Source of the DNA: Adineta steineri
Taxonomy: Eukaryota
Direction: 5' to 3'
NCBI GenBank assembly: GCA_905250115.1
Contig: CAJNOI010000024.1
Coordinates: 34,111-46,076, forward strand
Length of the DNA stretch: 11,966 nt
In this document: positions 1 through 9,237 of the stretch, piece by piece
Layout of the letters: the number at the start of each line of letters is the position of its first letter
How positions within the stretch are numbered: position 1 is the stretch's first letter
The notes under the pieces: generated by a model
Seen by the model: only the letters and a program-made list of their open reading frames with translations
The model's database searches: none
What the model was told of the DNA's origin: nothing
Translations under genes and position numbers: made by a program

Positions 1-240
1 AAACGTATTCTTATGAAAGAAAATTACTGTGACGTAACGGTGTGGTACTCAGATCATCGATTACAAAGTGAAGAACCAGATATATGGAAGTTCTTGTACC
101 AGAAATTAATTTCCGAAAGACAACAAACGAATCATCGTATGATAATAGTGTATGCTGATTTTACTGACTGTCACTATAAGTTAAAAGACAACACACTTCT
201 AAGACTATCGATGCGATTGCCAGATAATCTTCAAGGATGA
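1..240 (+). CDS. C-terminal part of a hypothetical protein, open to the left window edge
   Basis: The frame is open from base 1 (KRIL-MKENYCDVTVWYSDHRLQSEEPDIWKFLYQKL...NLQG*) and ends with TGA at 238-240. No recognised family; short, so weak evidence. Confidence 0.3.
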   Translation, partial: KRILMKENYCDVTVWYSDHRLQSEEPDIWKFLYQKLISERQQTNHRMIIVYADFTDCHYKLKDNTLLRLSMRLPDNLQG

Positions 241-533
241 AGACTATTGTAGACACAACTAGGCGATATTTATTCTGCATCGGCGTCTACATTCATAAAA
301 AAATTCATATTATAAAACTTTTGATTAAATATCTTAATATAAAATCTTAAATATATTTCCAAACGAGATACTTCTATGAATACCCTCAGAGCTTGTATTA
401 TCGAAGAGATATAGGAATCAGATTTAATTTTAATTTTGAAGAAATAAAAATTGAGAATGTATAAATACAAGATAAAGTTAATGTTCATTTTTTTATATTA
501 TGAATTTTTTTTCTTTTAAGTAATATTATTCTA

Positions 534-1586
534 TTATGGATGATTAGTATGTGTTTGTGTTTTTTGACTTTTTTGTAAAACAGACATTCGATGCGTTTCA
601 TCATGAATTCTATTCAGTCGATTATGATTGAAACGACAATATTGTCTAATAATCTTTGAAAGTTCCTTGCGAAAAATAGTGCCCGTTAATGTATACAAAA
701 AAAAAGTACTTGAGTGAGCAAAATATGTCAATTCACTTGCAATTCGACTAGCTAAATTTTCTTGAGCAAGTCGAAGTGTATTTTTAACAACATTAAGAGT
801 AAATGAAGAATAAAGTTGAATAATAGATATGGGTAAAGTACAGATAAAGATTACGAGTACTTGAGCAATTAACATACGTAATAATTGAGTATCTGTTCGT
901 CGAACTTGTCTATTAGTTTCGAAATTCACTGGAATTACAAGACGATGTTGATGAAGATTTTTCAATGTAAGAAGACCAAAAAAAAGCATCAAAATCGATG
1001 GACAAAATGAATATAAAGCCAAATTCCATAAACCAATAAATGTACGATAAATACCTTTTCTACCAAAACATGCTGGTGTTATATTTCCAAATTGATCAGA
1101 TGAATAGCTTATTTCATAGTAAACGAGCATGTGACTATGCAAAAGAATAATCACAATGCTAGTGATAAGAATAACTATTTTTGCTATCTTCAATGAACTC
1201 ATCTGACGAAAATGTGCATTTGCTGAACTATGTAAAAAACGATCGATGCATGCGATTACTATAAACCAAGAAGATGCTGAACGTGTTATATAGAATACAA
1301 AGAATTCGATTTTACAAATTCCAAGATTATAATTGGCTTGATCGATATTGAAACTTACTGCTAAAACACGTACAGGCTGTAGAATGAGTACGTAAATTAA
1401 ACTGAAACATGTTGACCAAAAAAAATATGCTGCACATGGTTCACGACACATAGATGGTCGACTGAAAATAAGAATATTAAATATAAGTCCGATTCCACCT
1501 GGTATAATACTAAATAATGATAGAATCAGTATGGTTTTCGAGGATGCATCATTCAATTCATTGATTGTAACATTAACAAACGACAT
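534..1586 (-). CDS. Rhodopsin-like (class A) seven-transmembrane G-protein-coupled receptor, single exon
   Basis: 350-aa ORF with seven hydrophobic segments: short extracellular N-terminus with N-glycosylation site NVT; TM1 ILSLFSIIPGGIGLIFNILIF; a Cys at the start of TM3 (GICKIEFF) and an ECL2 Cys (TPACF) for the conserved disulfide; a DRF in place of DRY after TM3 (IACIDRFL); TM6 with a Pro (ICTLPISII); TM7 followed by a basic helix-8-like segment (FRKELSKIIRQY). Confidence 0.87.
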   Translation of the reverse strand: MSFVNVTINELNDASSKTILILSLFSIIPGGIGLIFNILIFSRPSMCREPCAAYFFWSTCFSLIYVLILQPVRVLAVSFNIDQANYNLGICKIEFFVFYITRSASSWFIVIACIDRFLHSSANAHFRQMSSLKIAKIVILITSIVIILLHSHMLVYYEISYSSDQFGNITPACFGRKGIYRTFIGLWNLALYSFCPSILMLFFGLLTLKNLHQHRLVIPVNFETNRQVRRTDTQLLRMLIAQVLVIFICTLPISIIQLYSSFTLNVVKNTLRLAQENLASRIASELTYFAHSSTFFLYTLTGTIFRKELSKIIRQYCRFNHNRLNRIHDETHRMSVLQKSQKTQTHTNHP

Positions 1587-2551
1587 GTTAGTATTTCTTA
1601 AATGTATATCTTATGGTTACAATCTAAATATGCAAAAAAAAGATAATGAGACAGTAAAATTCAGTAACACATTAATGTGAGTTAGAATATTATGTTTTAA
1701 CAGCATGAAATAATTTAAACCTATAACAATATAATGAATAACTACTTTGAAATCTAATCTTGAGTTACCTTATTTGAGTTATAAAATAAATGCAACGTCA
1801 AACTGTCGCCTATTGCTTCGACACATAGATTAAAAAAAGGAAGCCCGTATTTGCTTACGGTAGAAAAAAATTCATAAACTAGAGATTATAAATAAGACAA
1901 GAACTTTCCCTCAAGTACATTAGATAAGCAGACAAAAGTTTATAAATTATAATTTACGATGATTATGGATTGGTATAGACACAGCATGAAAAGTCTTTCA
2001 TATCAAGGTGATAGTTGAATAGAATATTAAATAAGTACAGTACTCACAGCAGACATGATTTATGTAGTTATTAGCGTTAACATTCTAATAAATAGAATCA
2101 GTTTCTTCTATCGATTACATATAGATATAAGGATTGTATATTTAGGTAAAATTTCTTTTATTTTATTAAAGAAATGTAATTCTATAAGCATCTTATAGTT
2201 GACATGGAAACAACAAGCATGACATCCATTCTCATTCTTAAAAAACTAATATCATTTATTAGAAATCATACATGTGTACCGATTCACTACGAGCTACATC
2301 TTGAATATAAAATAATTACCGAAGGGTATGAAAAAAATATGACATCCCTTCGCGTCTCATTTTAATTAGATTTTATGCACTGCTTTCATCTTTTTTAAGA
2401 AAAAAAACTATATAATGTGATTATTAATTTTATATTATGTTGGACTAATTTATGTTTGTTGAAATGTGTGTTTTTACATATGAGAAGTTCATACAAGTTT
2501 TAGTTTGATTAGGATTAGATTTTTATCAGAGTAAAACGCTTAGGTCAACAA

Positions 2552-2623
2552 GCCTCTATAGCTCAGTGGTAGAGCGCCAGTCTTGTAAACTGGAGGTCCG
2601 TAGTTCGATCCTGCGTGGAGGCA
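2552..2623 (+). tRNA. tRNA-Thr (anticodon TGT)
   Basis: Full 72-nt cloverleaf. Acceptor GCCTCTA/TGGAGGC plus discriminator A; D-stem GCTC/GAGC; anticodon stem CCAGT/ACTGG with loop CTTGTAA (TGT at 2584-2586); T-arm CGTAG-TTCGATC-CTGCG. No intron. Confidence 0.96.
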
Positions 2624-2626
2624 TTA

Positions 2627-2635
2627 TTTTTTTTT
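2627..2635 (+). terminator. RNA polymerase III terminator (T9 run) downstream of tRNA-Thr
   Basis: Uninterrupted T9 starting 4 nt after the discriminator base. Confidence 0.8.
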
Positions 2636-3147
2636 CTTCAATATCTCAACTTATTCACTATTTACTTTAACTGAAAGCATTAGTAGAGCAAAGTATCTGT
2701 ATATCGGAGTTAACTATTTATTATAGGCTTTGACATCCTATAAAAATCATAAAATTCTTAAACAATTATCTATGTTCTTCAATATAAAAAAAAATACAAA
2801 CTGTATACCATTTGATAGAGCTTTTAAAGAACTACAAAACGAACTATTCAATATATTTTTATCTGTCTCACTAATATTCAATAAATATATATTAATTGAG
2901 AATCTAGATTTTTTCTAACGATTACTTAACAAAATCTCGTTACAACCTTACCTTTCATGATGTTACAATAAATTGTTTTCATCTTTCAAAAGTTCTCAGT
3001 CGAGTTCATGTTTTTATCAAGGTAAAGGAAATTAATATACTTCAAGTCCTTGTATACTCACTTACATTCTCAAGATGAGTTTGTAAGTTAAAAATAAAGC
3101 AGAAAAATCTTGAATAGACATAAAATAATTAACATGAGATACAGGGA

Positions 3148-3296
3148 TGTGTCGCAGAGAAAAAAGTGAGGAGAGGAGCGCAGAACAGTTTCTTTTTACA
3201 ATAAAATGTACAACTTTGCTGGGAAAAACTGAAAATTTTTCAAAAGCGGAAGGTGCGCACTCTCCTACACCTCTAGGGCGGCACATTTCTGGTAAA
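3148..3296. repeat. Imperfect inverted repeat, possible decayed foldback element
   Basis: Left arm GATGTGTCGCAGAGAAAAAAGTGAGGAGAGGAGCGCAGAAC resembles the reverse complement of the right arm, AATGTGCCGCCCTAGAGGTGTAGGAGAGTGCGCAC. The segment has locally higher GC than its flanks. Confidence 0.35.
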
Positions 3297-3313
3297 ACAC
3301 ATTGTTTTATTTA

Positions 3314-4319
3314 TTATGAAATAGATATTCGTGTTAGCGTGCCTTTTCTGTTTCTGAGTACGGTCAACTGTTGACAAGATTTCTTTATTTCTTCATCAAA
3401 TTCTTTCACATCAACAAATGTCGTTCCTTGACCACGTGGCATGATATGATAATTATGACCATAAGAAATATCAGTAATTTGTTTAACTCTAACTTGATTA
3501 TCAATTTTTAGCATAGCTGCATGAGCACATCCATCACCAATATATTCTCGAACCATTAAATCATCTCGAATTAGTTCTTGAATAAAAGTTTGAACTCGTT
3601 TTGATTCATAAAACCATTTCAAACGAATAATAAAAAAATTATTATAAATACAACTAGAAACGTCGGATGTATCGTAAAGAAAATGTTCTAGAACGGGTAC
3701 CATTGGTGTAATCGGTTCCCAATATTCAGCTCGATAAATATAATCGAATTTTTGTCGATGTATATAAAAAAAAAGATCCTTTTTTAGTTACATCAGAAAA
3801 ATACGAATCAGCATCCATTCTCATGAGATAATCGTAATGACCTTCAGTAATTGCTGGATGATAAAAGATATCATACGTTCAAAACTGACACATAATACGA
3901 TATCCAATTGTTTTGGCCAATCGTGATTCATTGGCTGGTTGTGATGATGTTTGAAAATTGGCAAGTGCAAACGAAATATTCATTTGTGTATTGTTTTTAA
4001 TTGTACATGATAATATATATTGACGCATAACAGAAGTAAGATTTATATCATGAAAAATAATTAATGGATAGAAAGTATTATTCTTAGTCGAATGAAATTT
4101 TACTATTGAATGAATCATATTAATAGTTAAAAGAATTGTTCGAGTATCACTACGAATAAGTGTTGTGATGACACCTCGTGGCTGAATGTAATTATCTTCT
4201 AAGCGAAATGAGTAATTTTTTTCAATAACATTAAAGCATATAGGAATGATAACAAGAATAATTAACAATATTAATATTTTTGATAATGAAACAGTTCCAG
4301 TACAATAGTTCAACTTCAT
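3314..4319 (-). pseudogene. GT15 (KRE2/MNT1/KTR-type) alpha-1,2-mannosyltransferase-like gene, disrupted
   Basis: ORF 4319-3879 (type II signal anchor ...LILLIILVIIP..., then RGVITTLIRSDTRTILLTINMIHSIV...YPLIIFHD...GYRIMCQF) meets an in-frame TGA at 3881-3879. Past the stop the same frame continues TYDIFYHPAITEGHYDYLMRMDADSYFSDVTKK. The reading then moves to another frame: DLFFYIHRQKFDYIYRAEYWEPITPMVPVLEHF...CIYNNFFIIRLKWFYESKRVQTFIQEL...YIGDGCAHAAMLKID..VKQITDISYGHN. The order of blocks (GYRxMCRF, YDYxxRxDxDSxF, YNxxxFxI..xFxxS..., GDxxxHxxxL, I.Y.H) follows the GT15 family. Confidence 0.66.
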
Positions 4320-4504
4320 TATTAATTGTTAATAGAATAACTCATTTCTTCTATAAAATGTTGAAAATAAGCAATAATTTATTTATTTATTTAAGTGTAC
4401 TAAAAGTATGATTTTAGTAGTTTTTGATTAACTATGTGAACAATCACAGTTGGATTATACTTAACTCATATTATTCGGCTTGTAAATATGATACAATCTA
4501 ACAA

Positions 4505-4781
4505 TATAAAACACCCAGTCTTTATCAATCCTTCAAGTCATTTAAATTTACTATTGTTTAGACTATACAACGCTATTGTTAAACTTTAAAGAATTAGACG
4601 GGAAGAAAAAAAGGGCTGGGGGTGACTGTTAAAAGACCGGAAATTTCCGAACTTTTGACAGTTAACCCCAGTCCTTTTTTTCTTCCCGTCTAATTCTTTA
4701 AAGTTTATCAATAGCGTTGTATAGTCTAATCGATAGTGTTTAAACGACTTGAAGGACGGGTAAAGACTGGGTGTTTTACAT
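4505..4781. mobile_element. Palindromic MITE / foldback element with ~135-bp inverted arms and essentially no loop
   Basis: AAAACACCCAGTCTTTA... at 4509 pairs with ...TAAAGACTGGGTGTTTT ending at 4777, and the arms meet at GGAAATTTCC (4639-4648). They include a perfect 35-nt block, TAAACTTTAAAGAATTAGACGGGAAGAAAAAAAGG. Overall arm identity is roughly 87% by hand alignment. A TA dinucleotide lies at both ends (4506-4507 and 4781-4782), which could be a TA target duplication. Confidence 0.9.
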
Positions 4782-7286
4782 AGCAAAAACTATTCTTGTT
4801 TGTCATCCATCGTATAAGACTGGTGCAGACCTAATTAGTATGGCTTGCACGAATAAGTATTAAATTGTTGTTGTCTATAAAAGTGTGTTATACATGTTGA
4901 AGATTGATTAGATATTATACATACTATCTATTAACTGATGAAATTAAATATCGGAGTTTATAACTTACAACTAAAAGAAGAAGCGTGCTCTGTAATACTT
5001 GTCATTAGAATAAAAAAAGAGATTTAAACTCATGCTTTTCTATATAGATTCTAATAAAAAAGCTTGTGTTATTTTAGGCAGATTTGAAAAAATATAAAAA
5101 AACTTTTTCTTGTTTAGTAAAAAAATTCTAACTACATTACTACATTTTATAAGAATTGATTGTCAATATTAAGAACTGTTTACAGATACATACGATAGAA
5201 AACAGCGATGTTATATAACACTATCTATAGTTCACGTTTACCATACCTGACAATATTATTGAAACATTCTATACCATTATTTAAAAAAAAGAGCAAGCAA
5301 TAGCGGTAGATTTTTTAGAGTTCTTTTTAACAATGTCGATAATATATCGTATAGCATTCTGTATGAACGTTATAAAGAGGGACTGAACATGACTGTCATG
5401 TTACTACGTAATCAATTGATGTAAAGTGGTTTACGAGTGAGTATAATTTACTAGGATATTGTCAAGAGAAAGACATAATTATAAGAGCTATTAGAAGCGA
5501 AAAATACGATTAAATTATCATTAGTTTATAATTAGTGAGACCGAATATTTTACTCTAAAAAGAAAAACAATGGAAGATAAACCTTAACGGAAATAACAAC
5601 ATTTTTTTATTGTATTATTCAAGAAAACTAACTAACAGAATAGAAAAAAATTATTAAAAATATAAGAAGAAAGAAGTTGTAGAAAGAAAGGAAAAGCAAA
5701 AAAAAGTGGAAGAAGGAACAACACTATTGATTAATAATTTATCTTAAATAGTTCTATCGACAATCAGTCGTTCTTTTTCTCATAAAATGTTCATTATGAA
5801 CCGTAATTTTCTGGTATAGTGTATCCTTTTCTGAATTCATTGCAATTAACAGACGAGAATGAATCAAATAAAGTTGTTATTAGTATCGACGTTTGTAAAA
5901 AAAACCTATTCGTAAAATTCATTAAAACGAAATGTGACTATATCTTTATCAGAATTTATTTAACGATTTAACAGTAAGAATCAATTCATGTAACGATAGA
6001 ATTGAAAGATGTAGTCTTTCTGGAAACAACGTATCTTATAACTTAAGTAAAAACATAATATATAATTTTTCTGAAGCAAGCAATGAAGTTTGTCGTGTTC
6101 TACTTCTTTTCAAGTGTTCTATATACATCGCCTGTTTGACTTAAATTTCTTTCATTAATTATTGGATTTCAAGGCGTTTTATATTACATAAAACATAAAG
6201 TATATCAATGCAAATGCGGTTTTGAATAAGAACAATCTAATAATGAATAAAAATTTTATGTGATATATTCTACATAGGTTTTCTAAAAACATGTTCTTCG
6301 TTTTGGTAAAGAAGTTTTTAGTAAATCAAAAGGAAAAGAAACGAGATAGACAATTATATATACTAGATGATACTTGACTTTAAGATTTTTACAGGTTTCT
6401 AAACATTCACAAGTGTCCTAGAATTGAGTTAAATTTATATACTATCAAAATACAAGTGACAATAATTTAACATGCAGATGAAATTATCTAAATGGAGAAT
6501 TTAAACTAACATGTGTTGCATAAGAACACCGATGATTCAGCATGTATTATCAGTTGTAAAAAATTTGTTTTTTCTTTTCGTTTCCATTATCTCGAAAACT
6601 GAAAAACAATTAAAATCATGTTTTTGTAACGCTTCCTATAAATGAACTATAAGCCTCCTGTTCAAAACGAGTATTTTTGTGATGTTCCTTTTTTGAGATC
6701 ATCGCGACGCAAAATGACAAATTTTATTATGTACGTCTTGAAAGCAGTCTAACATTATGGTTTCGAGAATTACATTACTTTTCTAAGAAAAGCTTTTTTT
6801 TAGAAAAATATAACATTTATAGAACGACTACGAAGCCAATTTTTACATGTTTAAGCCACACATATGTACACGTTTAGATAATAATTATTATTTTTATATT
6901 TTTTGTTTTAATTTGATCTTTAAGAAATTATAAATTTGAATTTTATATAAAATTATTCAAGGTTAGAAGACTACGGTATCCTAAATAATCATTTGAATTC
7001 ACGAGTGAAGATTTTATATAGATTCATAATTTAATGTAGTTGTGAGATAAATATAATATCCACACCCAGTCCTATATGTAATTGCAATCGTCATTACATT
7101 TTCATCCTATTTATTTGCACAAAGTTGTTTCAGACGTCTGTAAATATTGAATGTATAAATTTTTCTCATATACAGTTACAATCATACCCATCCTCAAGCA
7201 TTCACTACTTTGCTGTATTTACTAAATAGTTCGACTCATTTAGATGTAATTTGTTTCTTTCATACGATTTGCATATTTATTTATGA

Positions 7287-7306
7287 AATAATAATAATAA
7301 TAATAA
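7287..7306. repeat. Short (AAT)n microsatellite
   Basis: AATAATAATAATAATAATAA tract. Confidence 0.85.
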
Positions 7307-7387
7307 AATTAAAATATGTGCATCAGGATTAGATGAAAAAGGAATAAAATGATTACATGTTAATATAAAAAAGCAAAAGTGATGAGT

Positions 7388-7875
7388 TTATTTGGCAAGT
7401 AATAGCCCGATGAATATGGCCATCATTCCTATTACAAGATTTGTTTTTGTCATCGAACCTCCATTGCACAAATTTGTTGTACAACAATATTGGTTGAACT
7501 CTATACCCATACCCAGAGGCGTAACAGTACCCGCGGTGCAGTTTCCCTCACCAGGACCGCGTGAAACGGCGTTGTCGTTACTCTTAGCTACCAATTTCTA
7601 TTGAAAACAAAATTATATAAAGATCCAGATAAGAATATCAAAATACGTACAACGCAATGATTGATATCTGTATTAGATATTTGCAAGACACCACTACCTT
7701 CTTTTTTGAATGATGGACCACATCCATCTGTACCTTGGCTACAAAGATAGCAATTGATAGCATCAGTCTTCTGCTGTACCACTGAATGATTTATATAGTA
7801 AGTATGAGTTTAGATACTACGATAATATAACTTACTGAAGACCAATAGACAAAGAAAACTGATAAGTAGCTTCAT
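7388..7875 (-). CDS. Ly6/uPAR-type three-finger protein, secreted and probably GPI-anchored; three exons joined as complement(7388..7597,7651..7781,7836..7875)
   Basis: Exon 1 encodes the signal peptide MKLLISFLCLLVF with donor A|GTAAGTT; the 54-bp intron ends ATTCAG; exon 2 is VQQKTDAINCYLCSQGTDGCGPSFKKEGSGVLQISNTDINHCV with donor GTT|GTACGT; the 53-bp intron ends CAATAG; exon 3 is KLVAKSNDNAVSRGPGEGNCTAGTVTPLGMGIEFNQYCCTTNLCNGGSMTKTNLVIGMMAIFIGLLLAK*. Frame is maintained across both junctions (381 nt, 126 aa). CxxC and the terminal CCxxxxCN are Ly6/three-finger hallmarks, and the hydrophobic C-terminus fits GPI attachment. Confidence 0.85.
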
Positions 7876-9237
7876 GATCAACTGTTATTCTGTGTCGAAG
7901 AAATATGATGAATCCTGTATAAAGTTAAGAATCGAATGAGAATTATGTGAGAATTACTCTAATTTATACTCGTTCGTTACTAAGTCGTTGTTGACATTAT
8001 GGCCTACAGAGAAAAAAAATGAAGAAATGAATATATTTTTAACTGACACCGTTCTTTTCTGGATCATTATTTCATAACATATTCATGATAAACATATATA
8101 CATATACATCAAAATCATTGAAAAATAACTTTAAGTATCAACAGCCTGTTCGACGCCCACTCTCTTTATATTATATTACCAAGATGAAATTTGAAACATA
8201 ATACGCTTCTGTGTATTTGCTTTTATGTTTTTATCGATATAAAATATCTTCTCGGCGCAAAAGATTCTTTAAGGTGGATGTGTATGCATGAGATGATGAA
8301 AACGGTTCCATCCAACGATATCCTCATTCACATTCTCAAGATGACAAATCAGTAGAAATAATATTATAAAATTTTCCTCAATGTATTTTTCTCGTCACGT
8401 CTATACAAACTGATGCAAATTACTCAACTATAAGAAAAAATAGCTTTTTAAATTGAACACTGACATAAATATGACAGAACATGCATAATATGTATATATC
8501 CTTTCACAATAGATATTAACGTTTTGATGTTTTTTAAGACACAAGTGTTATTTTTCATTTATAAACTCATATTATGAAAACATAGAAATAACTGAAGATT
8601 TCATCTAATGTTTTGTCTATGAGACACCTTTATCTGTAGTGACGTGTTCTTATCAGTACACGTTTCACTTACTTGTGCAACACAGACATGTCTTGGTAAA
8701 ATATTTTTACATAATTCTTGGTGATAATCTAACAAGTATAAATATGAAGCACAATATAAATTACCGCTTATGTTACCGTTACATTAGATGCGTATCGTGT
8801 ACAGGTAAGGCCCGAATATGTTTTAAATTAGAATACTGAAGACATAGAGATTCAGAGTTTGGTCTACGTTTTTATGGAATCATCCCCAAGAGTACGATGA
8901 AAAACTGAATAGATAGATTTTTTTTTCTGAAGAACGTTGGAAATTTAATCATCATCGATAGTAACCGTCATTCAGATTCCTAGATCGTTTTCTGTCAATG
9001 ACTGAGACGGGCGTACAAAAGAGTGTATTTTATCACATCAAGAAAGTCTTTCTTTTTCGTTATTAGTCTAATTGAATAGCTCTCTTTAACTTCTTGGTTA
9101 GAAGGAATCTTGTTTTCAAGAGTTTCTCAGAGAAAAATTTAAAAGTTAATCATATGCTCTCCTATTACCTATGGAAAAGATTTTTTAAATCTCCGATAAA
9201 TTAATTACATTTTTATTGTAGAGAAAAAAACTAGTAA

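Noticed and set aside
270-488. 72-aa minus-strand ORF MNINFILYLYILNFYFFKIK...
   Set aside because: Low-complexity I/F/Y/N/K composition is expected from AT-rich noncoding DNA.
2730-2918. 62-aa plus-strand ORF
   Set aside because: Low-complexity AT-rich translation with no domain or splice context.
3060-3083. Similarity of CTCACTTACATTCTCAAGATGAG here to CTCATTCACATTCTCAAGATGAC near 8325-8350
   Set aside because: Only ~23 nt of similarity with no conserved flanks; could be chance or a tiny repeat remnant. Insufficient to call a feature.
3062-3374. Two overlapping antisense ORFs (74 aa minus, 75 aa plus)
   Set aside because: They overlap each other on opposite strands in the GC-richer inverted-repeat island, have no recognisable domain, and the plus-strand ORF runs into the 3' end of the GT15 pseudogene. 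Probably chance.
4586-4786. 66-aa minus-strand ORF
   Set aside because: Lies almost entirely in the palindromic element and reflects its sequence rather than a gene.
8639-8839. 66-aa plus-strand ORF with several Cys
   Set aside because: No recognisable motif, no convincing start context or splice partners.
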